26,823 nucleotides of DNA, taken from positions 1 through 26,823 of the IMG/VR virus record IMGVR_UViG_3300037478_000552; one strand, 5' to 3'. The notes under the pieces are model-generated. The model had not been told where the DNA came from. It made no database searches and saw only the letters and a program-made list of their open reading frames with translations. The stretch comes from a virus. Its lineage: Duplodnaviria; Caudoviricetes. Below, one piece after another: positions 16,087-25,560 of the stretch. Positions within the stretch are counted from its first letter, which is position 1. Each line of letters starts with the position of its first letter. Made by a program: the position numbers and the translations under genes.

Positions 16087-18921
16087 GTGTCGACTAAGAC
16101 CAAGGACCTTCACCATCGGCTGACCGGCGACCCCACCTCGCTCGAGGGTGCGCTCGCCCGGGGCAACCGCGCGCTTACGGCGGCCGAGCGGGCGGCCAAG
16201 CGGCTGGAGCAACAGCAGGCGCGTACGCACCGGGCGATGGAGCGCGTCGGGCGGACCATGCTGGTCGCCGGCGCGGCGATCGCGGCCGGGATCGGCCTGT
16301 CGGTGCGCGCCGCGATCCGGTGGGAGTCGGCGTGGGCGGGCGTGGCCAAGGTCCTGGAGACCGCGACCGCGCCGCAGCTGGCCATCCTCGAGGACCAGTT
16401 GCGTGGGCTGGCCCAGGAGCTGCCGCAGTCGCATGAGGAGATCGCGGCGGTGGCGGCCGCGGCCGGTCAGCTGGGTGTGGCCGCGCCGGATATCGCCAAC
16501 TTCACCCGGACCATGGTCGACCTGGGTGTGGCCACCAACCTGTCCAGCGAGGAGGCCGCGTTCGCGTTGGCCCGCCTGTCCACGATCATGGGCACGGCGC
16601 GTGATGATGTCGGCCGGATGGGCGCGGCGATCGTCGACCTGGGCAACAACTCGGCGACGACCGAGGCGGACATCGTGGAGATGGCGCTGCGTATCTCCGG
16701 TGCCGGACGCACGATCGGCCTGTCTGAGGCGGAGGTGCTGGGGTTCGCTGCGGCGCTGTCGTCGGCGGGTGTCGCCGCACAGGCCGGCGGTACGGCGATC
16801 TCGAAGGTGTTCATCCAGATCGAGGGGGCGGTCCGTTCCGGCGGGCAGCGGCTCGACCAGTTCGCCCAGGTTGCCGGGGTGTCGGCCGAGCGGTTCCGGC
16901 GGCACTACGAACGCGACGCGGCCGGCGCCATCGCGACGTTCGTGGAGGGCCTGGGGCGTATCCAGCGTCAGGGTGGCGACACGTTCAAGACCTTGGAAAC
17001 GCTTGGCATCACCGAGGTTCGTATGCGTGACGCGCTGCTGCGTCTGGCCGGTGCCGGCGATCTGGTGTCGCGCTCGCTGGAGGTTGGTAACCGGGGCTGG
17101 GATGAGAACCGGGCGCTGCTGGAGGAGGCCGAGCGGCGCTACGCCACGGTCGAGGCGCGGATGTCGATCGCGAAGAACCAGGTCAACGACTTCGCCATCT
17201 CGATCGGGCAGACGCTGCTGCCGGTGGTGGGCGACATGGTCGACCGGATCGGCGCGTTCGCGTCCCTGATGGGCGACCTGCCCGGTCCGGTCCGGGCGGC
17301 GCTGGCGGTCGTGGGCGTGCTGACCGCAGCGTTACTGCTGGCCGGTGGTACGGCACTGCTGGCGGTGCCGAAGATTCACAAGATGCGTGTCGCGCTGGAC
17401 CACATGGCTCTCGCCGGTGGGCGCGCGGCCCTGGCCTCTCGCGCTCTGCGCGCGATCCCATGGGGTCCGTTGGGCATCGCTCTCGGGGTGGCTACCGTCG
17501 CCTTTGGGGTTTTTGCGGCCCGCCAGGCCGAGGCGCGGGCGCGGGTGCAGGAGCTTTCGGACACTCTCGACCAGCAGACCGGGGCACTGACGGGCAACAC
17601 CCGGGCGTGGGTGGCGCACAGGCTGGAGACCGACGGCATCCTTGAGCGGGCGGAGAAGCTGGGGCTGGACCTGGCCACAGTCACCGACGCGGTGCTGGGG
17701 GAGGCCGACGCGGTCGAGGTCCTCAACACCGTCCTAGACGAGCACCGAATGTCCAGCCAGCAGATGGAGGATGCCCGCCGAGCGCACCGGCAGGCGTTGA
17801 TGGCCGAGCAGGTGGGCTGGCAGGACGCCACCACCGCAGCCGAGGCCCACGGGTTCGCGCTGACCGAGCAGGGCGACCGTGCCCACGCGGTCGCCGCCGC
17901 CCACGAGCAGCTGACCGGGGACCTGGAGGCGGCGCAGGCGGCGACCCGCCGGCAGGCGGCGGCGGCGGGTGAGGCCGCCGAGGAGTCGGCGCGGCTGACG
18001 CCGGAGCAAGCCCGCCTTGGCCGTGAGTTGGGGTTGACGGCCGGCACGGCCGCCCAGCTGACCGACGAGCTGTCTGACCTGGACAAGGAGCTGAAGGCGC
18101 TCTTCGACTCCGTGTTCGCGCTGCAGAACGCTCAGGACGCGCTGGATGACCAGTTCGACCGGCTGCGTGAGCAGGTCAAGACTCAGCGCGATGCGAACGA
18201 CGCGCACGCCGGGTCGCTGGACGGCAGCTCGCAGGCCGCACGGCGCAACCGGGCTGAGACGCAGAAGCTGCTTCGGGAGTATGGCGACCTGGCGCTGAAG
18301 ACCATCACGGCCACCAACTCGCAGGAGGACGCGGAGGCCGCGGCGGGAGCCTTCGAGGCGGCACTCGATGACCTGCGTGACCAGACAGGGTTGAACGTCC
18401 GTGAGCTGGAGGGCTACAACGAGGTCGTTGCCGAGATCGAACGGTTGATCAACATCACGTTCAACAACCCGGGCGCTGTCGCGGCACGGCTGGAGGCGGA
18501 GCGACTCAAGCGGACGCTGGATGAGATCGACCGGACGGTCAACATCGGCTTCACCAGCTCCGGGTTCATTCCCGGCGGCGGCTTCCAGGTGGCCCGCCAG
18601 CACGGCGGTGTCGTGCCGGGCTCGGGCGGCATTGACAGCGTGCGGGCGGCGTTGACGCCACGCGAGTTCGTGACCACACCGTCCGCCACGTCCCGCAACC
18701 GGGCGGCGCTGGAGGCGGCGAACGCGGGGGCACGCCTGGCGGTGGTGTCCAGCGGCGGCGGGTCGACGTCGGGCGGGTCCACGTCGGGCGGCGGCGGGTT
18801 CTTCGAGGGTGAGCTGTACCTCGACTCCGGCGCGTTCCTCGGTGTGGTGCGTGGCGAGATCCACGAGGCGGAGCGGGTCACGCAGATACGGGCTCGGCAG
18901 GGAGTGGGGGCGGCGCGGTGA
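16087..18921 (+). CDS. Tape measure protein
   Basis: 944 aa, Ala-rich helical; WESAWAGVAKV, AAAAGQLGV, DLGNNSATTEADI, AGGTAIS; hydrophobic segments; C-terminal GGVVPG...DSVRAALTPREFV; RBS GGGGAGG. Confidence 0.96.
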   Translation: MSTKTKDLHHRLTGDPTSLEGALARGNRALTAAERAAKRLEQQQARTHRAMERVGRTMLVAGAAIAAGIGLSVRAAIRWESAWAGVAKVLETATAPQLAILEDQLRGLAQELPQSHEEIAAVAAAAGQLGVAAPDIANFTRTMVDLGVATNLSSEEAAFALARLSTIMGTARDDVGRMGAAIVDLGNNSATTEADIVEMALRISGAGRTIGLSEAEVLGFAAALSSAGVAAQAGGTAISKVFIQIEGAVRSGGQRLDQFAQVAGVSAERFRRHYERDAAGAIATFVEGLGRIQRQGGDTFKTLETLGITEVRMRDALLRLAGAGDLVSRSLEVGNRGWDENRALLEEAERRYATVEARMSIAKNQVNDFAISIGQTLLPVVGDMVDRIGAFASLMGDLPGPVRAALAVVGVLTAALLLAGGTALLAVPKIHKMRVALDHMALAGGRAALASRALRAIPWGPLGIALGVATVAFGVFAARQAEARARVQELSDTLDQQTGALTGNTRAWVAHRLETDGILERAEKLGLDLATVTDAVLGEADAVEVLNTVLDEHRMSSQQMEDARRAHRQALMAEQVGWQDATTAAEAHGFALTEQGDRAHAVAAAHEQLTGDLEAAQAATRRQAAAAGEAAEESARLTPEQARLGRELGLTAGTAAQLTDELSDLDKELKALFDSVFALQNAQDALDDQFDRLREQVKTQRDANDAHAGSLDGSSQAARRNRAETQKLLREYGDLALKTITATNSQEDAEAAAGAFEAALDDLRDQTGLNVRELEGYNEVVAEIERLINITFNNPGAVAARLEAERLKRTLDEIDRTVNIGFTSSGFIPGGGFQVARQHGGVVPGSGGIDSVRAALTPREFVTTPSATSRNRAALEAANAGARLAVVSSGGGSTSGGSTSGGGGFFEGELYLDSGAFLGVVRGEIHEAERVTQIRARQGVGAAR
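18757..18786 (+). repeat. 15-bp tandem duplication encoding GGSTS x2 in the tape measure C-terminus
   Basis: GGCGGGTCGACGTCG followed by GGCGGGTCCACGTCG. Confidence 0.7.
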
Positions 18922-18954
18922 GCCTGGACCAGTCAGCCAGAGAGCGTATCCAAG

Positions 18955-19770
18955 ATGGCACTTAATGCCGCCTACTCGGGTGACCTGTCGCGGGTGCAGC
19001 TGTCGGCGAGCGACCTGGACGACTCGCCCGACGTGGCCACCTACGCCATTGTGGAGCGCAGTCACAATGAGCTGTTGTGGGTCACGGTGCGCGGCGGTGC
19101 GGCGCTGCCGGTCTCCAGTGGTGAGGCGGAGCTGGACGACTACGAGTTCTTCCTTGGCGCGGCGACCCACTACCGCATCCGCAGCTTCGATGAAAACGAT
19201 GTTCAGCTCCAGGAGTACACCACCAACCTGACGGTGTCCGAGCCGCTGGTGTGGCTCAAGTCGTTGCGGCATCCGATGCTCAACCTGCCGGTACGGCCGG
19301 CCGATCAGGATGATCTGGTCCTGGCCGACCGGTCGCAGGCGTTGCCGGTCTCGGGCCGGTCGCTGCCGGTGGGCATGTCCGACCCGGTCGGCGGCCGTGA
19401 CCACGTGCTGCACCTGCGCACCGACAGCAGGGCCGATGAGGACGGGCTGTTGCTGCGGCTGCGGGTGGGCCGCGACTTCTACGTCCAGGTGCCGGGCTCG
19501 GGGGTGCTGGCGGACATCCTGCCGGGCAGCATGCATGTGCTGATCGGCGCACCGCGCAAGCACCGGGCCGGCGGTGTGACGGACGTGTGCGTGTTCGCTT
19601 TGCCGCTGACCGAGGTCGCCGCACCGTCGCCGGAGGTGGTGCCGACGAACCTCACGGTGGGGACTGTGATCAACACGTACGGGTCGATCTCGGCGCTGTG
19701 GGCGGCGCATCCGAGCATCCGCGACCTGTGGGACACGGTCGGCTCCCCTGACGATCTGCTGGCGCTGTGA
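18955..19770 (+). CDS. Minor tail protein (distal-tail-like position)
   Basis: First gene after tape measure; LDDYEF...THYRI, VWLKS, VSGRSLPV, LPLTEVAAP. Confidence 0.75.
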   Translation: MALNAAYSGDLSRVQLSASDLDDSPDVATYAIVERSHNELLWVTVRGGAALPVSSGEAELDDYEFFLGAATHYRIRSFDENDVQLQEYTTNLTVSEPLVWLKSLRHPMLNLPVRPADQDDLVLADRSQALPVSGRSLPVGMSDPVGGRDHVLHLRTDSRADEDGLLLRLRVGRDFYVQVPGSGVLADILPGSMHVLIGAPRKHRAGGVTDVCVFALPLTEVAAPSPEVVPTNLTVGTVINTYGSISALWAAHPSIRDLWDTVGSPDDLLAL

Positions 19771-19778
19771 GGTGACCC

Positions 19779-20336
19779 GTGCCGCTGACACCGATCTACG
19801 GCCTCCCGTTCGAGCATGAGGACGACCAGCCGCTGCACTCGCTGACCGGCGGAAGCTCGGGCACGGAGCCGATCCTCGCCGAGGAGGTCGAGGACGAGCT
19901 GGCCCGCATCGAGGGTGACATCGCCGACGTGGAGTCGGACCTGGCCGGGCAGTTGGCGCAGGCGGACCAGGTGTACGTCGAGCCGGACGTGAACGTGGCC
20001 AGCGCTGACGGCGACAAGGAGCTTGCTGCCTCGGTGACTGTGACCGTCGGTCCGCAGGGCATCGCGCACATCTCGGTGAGTTGCCTGGTGGACCTGACGC
20101 CGGCGACCGGGACGAACATCCCGCGTATCTGGGTGCGGCTGTCGGGCGCCAACACGGCCGACACGGAGCCGTGGCGGGTGAGGGCCGGCGACCATCAGAC
20201 GGGCAACTTCAGCGCCGAGTTCTCCCGGGTCCTGGCCGGCCTGACGGCGGGGGCGACGACGTTCACGCTGTTCGCGTCGATGACAACGAACAACTTCGAC
20301 ATCATGAACCAGCAGCTCGGCGTGGTGTGCCACTGA
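19779..20336 (+). CDS. Minor tail protein (short coiled coil plus beta domain)
   Basis: RBS GAGGTG; TPIYGLPF N-terminus, acidic heptads, C-terminal GLTAGATTFTL beta domain. Confidence 0.7.
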   Translation: MPLTPIYGLPFEHEDDQPLHSLTGGSSGTEPILAEEVEDELARIEGDIADVESDLAGQLAQADQVYVEPDVNVASADGDKELAASVTVTVGPQGIAHISVSCLVDLTPATGTNIPRIWVRLSGANTADTEPWRVRAGDHQTGNFSAEFSRVLAGLTAGATTFTLFASMTTNNFDIMNQQLGVVCH

Positions 20337-23300
20337 TGGCGATGGTGTCTATGGTGGTCGGCGCGACCAGCCCGTCCGGCGCGCGGTTCGTCGCCAAGGT
20401 CGAGAACGGCCCGGTGCGTATCGCGGTGGCCGACAATGAGGCCATGACCGGCCCGACCATGTTTGGTCCGGCGGCGGTCGACGGCGACGGGGTGGCCAAG
20501 GTGGCCGCGACCGGGCTCGACGCGGACACCGCCTACTGGTGGCAGGTCGAGGACAACTCGGTCCTGGACACGTCCGCGACGGGCCGGTTCCACACCCACC
20601 CGACGGTCGGCAGCCGGGCCAGCTTCACGATCGCGGTATCGGCCTGTGCCGGCGCCGGCCCGGTGGCGCCGGGTGTGGACGGCGGGGAGCTGGCCGCGGA
20701 CCGGGTCAGCAACCATGCCGTGTTCGACCGCATCCGCGAGCACGACCCGCTGATGTTCGTCCACTTGGGCGATCTGCACTACTACGACCTGGGCAGTGAT
20801 AGCCACGGGATCACCGGCGGGGCGAGCCTGGCCAACTACCGCCGCTCCTACGACGATGTACTCGCGCAGCCACGCCAGCACCAGCTCTACCGCGAGGTGC
20901 CGCTGGCCTACGTCTGGGATGACCACGACTGGGGGCCGGACAACTCTGACGGCACACACCCCGGCGGCCCGGCCGCGCAGGTGGCCTACGCCGAACGTAT
21001 GCCACACATGGACCTGGACGCCCCGGCCGCGGGTGGGATGCTGCTGACCGGAGCGACCGGCGCCGGTGCGTCCACACCGGATCACGCGTCCCTGCGCATC
21101 ACCGGCGACCTGGAACTAGCGGCCGTGATCACCCCCGACACCTGGGCTGGGGTGGTCGGCCGGGCTCAGCACATCGCCGGCAGGTGGTTCTTCACCGGCG
21201 ACCAGAGGTCCTACCGGATTCTGTTGCTGGCGGCGGCCGATGGTGGTGCGCTGCGGCTGCAGTGGACCACCGACGGCACCGGCGGCACGGTGGTCAACGC
21301 CTCGCCGACGGTGCCGCTGCCGGTCACGTCGGGGCAACTGGCGATCCGAGCGACGCTGGACGTCGACACCGGCTCGGGCCGGGAGGTCACGTTCTACACC
21401 GGCTCGAGCATCGATGGCCCATGGACGCAGCTGGGCGACCCGGTGACGGGTGCGGCCACGAGCATCCACGCGGGCACCGCGGCGCTCACGGTCGGCGGCA
21501 TCGAGGGAACGTTCGGGAACGACATGTTCGAGGGTTCCATCGCGCGCGCGCGGGTGCGTGCTGGGATCGGCGGCACGATCGTGGCCGATCCCGACTTCGC
21601 CGGCCAGCCTTCCGGCACCACCTCGTTCGACGACGCCGCCGGCCGCACGTGGACGGTGGCCGGCAACGCGGAGATCGTCGGCCCGTTCGGGCCGATCTAC
21701 CATGCGTGGAAACTGGGCCGGGTGCTGTTCGTGGCCTCGGACACCCGCAGCCGCCGCACCCCGAACGCCGCCACCGACGACTCCAGTAAGACCATGCTGG
21801 GTGCGGCACAGAAGGCGTGGCTTGAGAACCTGTTGTCCACCTCGGCCGCCGAGTTGCTGGTGTGGCTGATGCCCACACCGTGGCTGTCGCCTGGCGGCGA
21901 CTCCTGGGGCGTGTTCACCAGCGAACGTGCCGAGCTGGTGGCGATGCTCGACACCCACGGGTGGCTGGGCCGGATGCTGATGGTGCACGGCGACCGGCAC
22001 GCGCTCGGCATCGGCTCCGGCGCGCTGAACGACTTCGGCGGGTTCCCCATCCTGCAAGCCGCGTCGCTGGACTCCGGCCCGTCGGCTCCCCTGACGGAGG
22101 AGCGGTTCGACATCGGCCCGGACACCCCGGGGCGTGGCCAGTGGGGCACCGTCACCGTGGAGGACCTCGGCCCGGTGATCCGCGTCACGCTGGCCGGTTG
22201 GCAGGGTGACACGCTGTGGGCCGAGTACCAGTTCGCCGTGGCCGCCACGGGAACCACCTCGGCCACGGTGCAGGAGCTTGCCCCGGTGGTGTCCGGCTCG
22301 CATACGCCGATCTTCGAGGCGCGGGTGCTGCCGACGGCCGGCGCCCTCGGGCCTGACCCCGACGGCGTCGAGCTGAGCATCGTGGACGGTCACGTGAGCA
22401 TGGACGGCACCGCCGACATCCAGCGCACCCTTGACCTGACCACCGAGGGGCTGCCGTTCCCCCGGCGTATCGGTGACGTGCTGCTGCCCGACGGCACCGA
22501 GGTGTTCGTGCGCCGCGGGGTGGACATCGGCAGCACGGTCCTGTGGGTGCCGCTGGGCTACTTCCGGGTGCAGGCGGCCGCCCGCCCGGGTGACCATCCG
22601 CGCGGGGCGATCCGTCTCGCCGGGATGGACCGCATGGTCGGCATCGTCGACGCCGAGCTTCTGGCGCCGCAGCAGTTCGACGCGACCCGCACGTTCGGGT
22701 TCGTGTTCGCGCAGCTGGTCCATCCGGTCTATCCGGCCGCCGTGATCCTGTTCGACGACGAACTGGAGACCGAGGAGATCGGCCGGCCGCTGGTGGTCGA
22801 GCGGTCCCGCTACGAGCCGCTGCGCACGCTGGCCCAGGGCCGGGGCAAGATCCTGTACTGGGACGGTGAGGGTGTGCTGCGGATCGAGTCCGCGCCCGAC
22901 CCGGACGATCCGGTGTGGGAGGTGCGGGCCGGTCGGGGTGGTGTGCTGGTGGCCGCGCAGGAGGAGGTCACCCGCGACGACGTGCGCAACGCCGTGGTGG
23001 TCACCTCGCAGGGCGGGGACGCGCTGGCTCCGGCGCGGGCGGTGGCGATCGACGACGGACCGCAGTCCATGACCCGGTTCGGTGGCCGGTTCGGGCAGGT
23101 GCCCGAGCACATCTCGACCCCGGCGGCCACAACGGCCGAGCAGGCCGAGCAGGCGGCGCGGGACACGCTGCTACGCCGGGCCGGGCTGCCGCACCGGGTG
23201 AGCTTCGAGGCGGTGCCCAACCCGGCGCTGGTGCCGTACGACCCGGTGCGGGTGACGCTGCGGGACGGCACCCGGCAGAAGCACGTGATCGAGACGTTGC

Positions 23301-23386
23301 GCCTGCCGCTGACCGCGACCGGCGGGGCGTTGCAGTGCCGGACCCGTGAGCAGCGGCTGTCCCAGATCAGGGTGGTGGACCTTTGA
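20336..23386 (+). CDS. Tail protein: PhoD-like metallophosphoesterase (with LamG-like insertion) fused to a tail hub-like domain
   Basis: TGATG coupling at 20334-20338 gives a 1016-aa protein; PhoD-like motifs FVHLGDLHYYD, VWDDHDWGPDN, DTRSRR, TMLGAAQKAWL, DSW, HGDRH; C-terminal VSGSH, VPLGYFRV, GRFGQVP, VPNPALVPYD typical of actinophage minor tail hub proteins. Confidence 0.85.
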   Translation: MAMVSMVVGATSPSGARFVAKVENGPVRIAVADNEAMTGPTMFGPAAVDGDGVAKVAATGLDADTAYWWQVEDNSVLDTSATGRFHTHPTVGSRASFTIAVSACAGAGPVAPGVDGGELAADRVSNHAVFDRIREHDPLMFVHLGDLHYYDLGSDSHGITGGASLANYRRSYDDVLAQPRQHQLYREVPLAYVWDDHDWGPDNSDGTHPGGPAAQVAYAERMPHMDLDAPAAGGMLLTGATGAGASTPDHASLRITGDLELAAVITPDTWAGVVGRAQHIAGRWFFTGDQRSYRILLLAAADGGALRLQWTTDGTGGTVVNASPTVPLPVTSGQLAIRATLDVDTGSGREVTFYTGSSIDGPWTQLGDPVTGAATSIHAGTAALTVGGIEGTFGNDMFEGSIARARVRAGIGGTIVADPDFAGQPSGTTSFDDAAGRTWTVAGNAEIVGPFGPIYHAWKLGRVLFVASDTRSRRTPNAATDDSSKTMLGAAQKAWLENLLSTSAAELLVWLMPTPWLSPGGDSWGVFTSERAELVAMLDTHGWLGRMLMVHGDRHALGIGSGALNDFGGFPILQAASLDSGPSAPLTEERFDIGPDTPGRGQWGTVTVEDLGPVIRVTLAGWQGDTLWAEYQFAVAATGTTSATVQELAPVVSGSHTPIFEARVLPTAGALGPDPDGVELSIVDGHVSMDGTADIQRTLDLTTEGLPFPRRIGDVLLPDGTEVFVRRGVDIGSTVLWVPLGYFRVQAAARPGDHPRGAIRLAGMDRMVGIVDAELLAPQQFDATRTFGFVFAQLVHPVYPAAVILFDDELETEEIGRPLVVERSRYEPLRTLAQGRGKILYWDGEGVLRIESAPDPDDPVWEVRAGRGGVLVAAQEEVTRDDVRNAVVVTSQGGDALAPARAVAIDDGPQSMTRFGGRFGQVPEHISTPAATTAEQAEQAARDTLLRRAGLPHRVSFEAVPNPALVPYDPVRVTLRDGTRQKHVIETLRLPLTATGGALQCRTREQRLSQIRVVDL

Positions 23387-24159
23387 GCATCGCGAGACTC
23401 CTGGTTCCTCCAGCCGGTGAGGACTATGCGGTCCGTCAGGGTGTGATCCGTGAGTGGAACGCCTCCACGTTCGCGAACGTCGTCGAGTACGACGGGGTGA
23501 TGCTGCGTGACCTGCCGGTGGCCTCTGGTGTGGAGGCGCTGACCTACCAGGTCGGTGACGCGGTGTTGCTGGAGGCGTGGTTTCCCGGCGGGAAGCGGGG
23601 CGAGCTGGGGATCGGCACGTACTGGATCAAGGCGCGGCTGATCTCGCCCGGCAGCGGTGCGGCCGAACAGGCGGTTGCGTTCATGACCACCGGGCTGGCC
23701 CGGGCGCTGGCATCGGCGATATTCGCTGATCGAGTTCGCTCAGACTACGTCTCCTCACAGACCACCACCACGTCGACCGCTTTCGGTGACGGCACCTCCG
23801 GGGGACCGACCGTTGTGGACATAGAGATCTCAGAGACCGGCATCGCGCTGGTATGGCTGGGAGCCCGTATCGCCTACAGTCAGGTCGGCGTCTCCCAGCT
23901 GGGTGGACGAATGTCGGTGGAAGTCAGCGGGCCGACGCCGATCGCAGCCTCGACGCTGCATTCGGTGGGTACCGCACAGTCGGTCACCGTCGTGGGCGCC
24001 ACCAGCTGGTCGCACAGCGAGGACAACCGGGTAGCCGCTGCCCATCTGTTCGAGAACCTGAACCCGGGCCTGCACACGTTCGCCGCGAAGTATCAGACGG
24101 TGAACTCGGGTCAGACCGCGGCGTTCACTGAGCGGATCGTCAAGGTCATCGGCTTGTGA
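23383..24159 (+). CDS. Minor tail protein
   Basis: TTGA overlap; N-terminal VRQGVIREWN beta region; Ser/Thr-rich C-terminal beta domain (LNPGLHTFAAKY). Confidence 0.72.
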   Translation: MSIARLLVPPAGEDYAVRQGVIREWNASTFANVVEYDGVMLRDLPVASGVEALTYQVGDAVLLEAWFPGGKRGELGIGTYWIKARLISPGSGAAEQAVAFMTTGLARALASAIFADRVRSDYVSSQTTTTSTAFGDGTSGGPTVVDIEISETGIALVWLGARIAYSQVGVSQLGGRMSVEVSGPTPIAASTLHSVGTAQSVTVVGATSWSHSEDNRVAAAHLFENLNPGLHTFAAKYQTVNSGQTAAFTERIVKVIGL

Positions 24160-24172
24160 AGCGAGGAGTGTA

Positions 24173-25078
24173 ATGCCAACCTACGCCGAGTTGCAGGCCG
24201 AACCGTGGTGGAACCGGGAGATTGTGCCCGAGCCGCTGCGGGACATGGGCGGCCGGCTGTGCTCGGCCTACGGCCGGCCACTGAACGCGTACGGCGTCAA
24301 GGGCGACAACCTGCACCTGTACGGGTCGCACCGCAGCCAGGAGTGGATCCTCAACAGCCGCTACGCCACCAGTCGCACCAACACGGTCCAGTCGGGGTTG
24401 ACCGCGGAGCAGCTACGGCACGTCGCAGGGTTCGACTTCAACCCAGGCTCCACCGCGCGCATGATGGAGATCTGCGCACGGCTGGACCGGGAGGTTCGCG
24501 CCGGACGGCTGGAGCAGGTATTGGCCTGGTACGGCAACCTGGACGGCGACAACAGGGTGGACGGCTACGACAACATCCGCAACCGGCTGGCCACCAGCGA
24601 CAGCTCGCACCTGTGGCACCTGCACATGACGCTGGACCGCCGGCTGGTGGCCGATGCGGCGTCGATGCGCCGGGTTGCGGATGTGCTGCTGGGCCAGGCA
24701 TCGACACAGGAGGAGGTGGACCCGTTGATAGGTCTCAAGTTGGGCGATACCGGCCAGCCGGTGTACGCGCTGCAGAACATCCTGCGGCGGGCCGGCCACG
24801 ACCCGGGGCCGTCCGACGGACAGTACGGGCCGAAGGTCGCCGCGGCGGTGCTGGCGTGCCGAAAGGCGATGGGCAGTGCGGCCACGTCTGGTGCCGCGGT
24901 CAACGGGGACGCGTACGCCCAGATCATGGCGGCGCTGGCGCGGGCGTACGCCGGCAAGGACGGCGAGCCCGGCAAGGACGGTAAGGACGGCGCCCCGGGT
25001 CAGCCCGGTGCTCCCGGCAGGACGCCGACCCACGGCCGGATGGTGGTCGACGTCGAGCTACTAGCCGGCGACAGCTGA
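24173..25078 (+). CDS. Endolysin: putative Zn-peptidase domain, peptidoglycan-binding domain, collagen-like tail
   Basis: RBS GAGGAG; GSHRS...GFDF...SHLWHLH putative metal motif; LKLGDTGQPVYALQNIL...DGQYGPKVAAAV PG-binding motif; 8 G-X-Y triplets. Confidence 0.82.
   Translation: MPTYAELQAEPWWNREIVPEPLRDMGGRLCSAYGRPLNAYGVKGDNLHLYGSHRSQEWILNSRYATSRTNTVQSGLTAEQLRHVAGFDFNPGSTARMMEICARLDREVRAGRLEQVLAWYGNLDGDNRVDGYDNIRNRLATSDSSHLWHLHMTLDRRLVADAASMRRVADVLLGQASTQEEVDPLIGLKLGDTGQPVYALQNILRRAGHDPGPSDGQYGPKVAAAVLACRKAMGSAATSGAAVNGDAYAQIMAALARAYAGKDGEPGKDGKDGAPGQPGAPGRTPTHGRMVVDVELLAGDS
24953..25024 (+). repeat. Collagen-like (G-X-Y)8 repeat
   Basis: GKD GEP GKD GKD GAP GQP GAP GRT. Confidence 0.85.
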
Positions 25079-25130
25079 TGTCCACACACGCCCCCCAGAC
25101 CCCGGGGCGCTCGGACGGAGCGCGGTAGCC

Positions 25131-25394
25131 GTGCCGGAGGTGCTCGCGGTCTCCGAGCTGGTCGGCGCCGCCGGGTGGGTCGGCGCGTTCGCGCTCATGT
25201 TCGTGGCGCTGGCCCGCGGCTGGCTGTGGACCGGCGGACAGGTCCAGACGGTGGTCGCCGACAAGAACCAGCAGATCACCGACTGGCGCCAAGCGTATGT
25301 CACGGAGCGTGCCCGCGCTGATGTGCTGGCCGCCAACCAGGAGCGGGCGATCGTCATGTTGGAAAGGTTGGCCGAGCGGAGCAGCCATGCCTAG
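25131..25394 (+). CDS. Membrane protein (1 TM plus coiled coil), lysis cassette
   Basis: GAAGWVGAFALMFVALARGWL hydrophobic segment then a helical tail; GGAG RBS; follows the endolysin. Confidence 0.7.
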   Translation: MPEVLAVSELVGAAGWVGAFALMFVALARGWLWTGGQVQTVVADKNQQITDWRQAYVTERARADVLAANQERAIVMLERLAERSSHA

Positions 25395-25560
25395 GCGCTG
25401 GTGGCGGCGGCGGTTGCCGGACCCGCCGGGCAACGGCGAGGCGGCGGCTGCGGCGGTGCACGAGTCGCGGCGCCGGCTGGCCGAGACGATGCGACGGCAG
25501 CGGGAGATAGACCAGTTAGGCCGGGACCTGATGCAAGCTATGCGACGGAGGCCGGCCTGA
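25387..25560 (+). CDS. Small basic protein, lysis cassette
   Basis: MPRRWWRRR...MRRRPA; overlaps upstream gene and couples by TGATG to the next. Confidence 0.6.
   Translation: MPRRWWRRRLPDPPGNGEAAAAAVHESRRRLAETMRRQREIDQLGRDLMQAMRRRPA

Noticed and set aside
17734-19791. 685-aa minus-strand ORF
   Set aside because: Antisense shadow of the tape measure and minor tail genes.
20081-20335. 85-aa N-terminal extension of the PhoD-tail ORF
   Set aside because: Overlaps 19779-20336 out of frame; TGATG coupling supports a start at 20336.
21116-23110. 664-aa minus-strand ORF
   Set aside because: Shadow of the PhoD-tail fusion.
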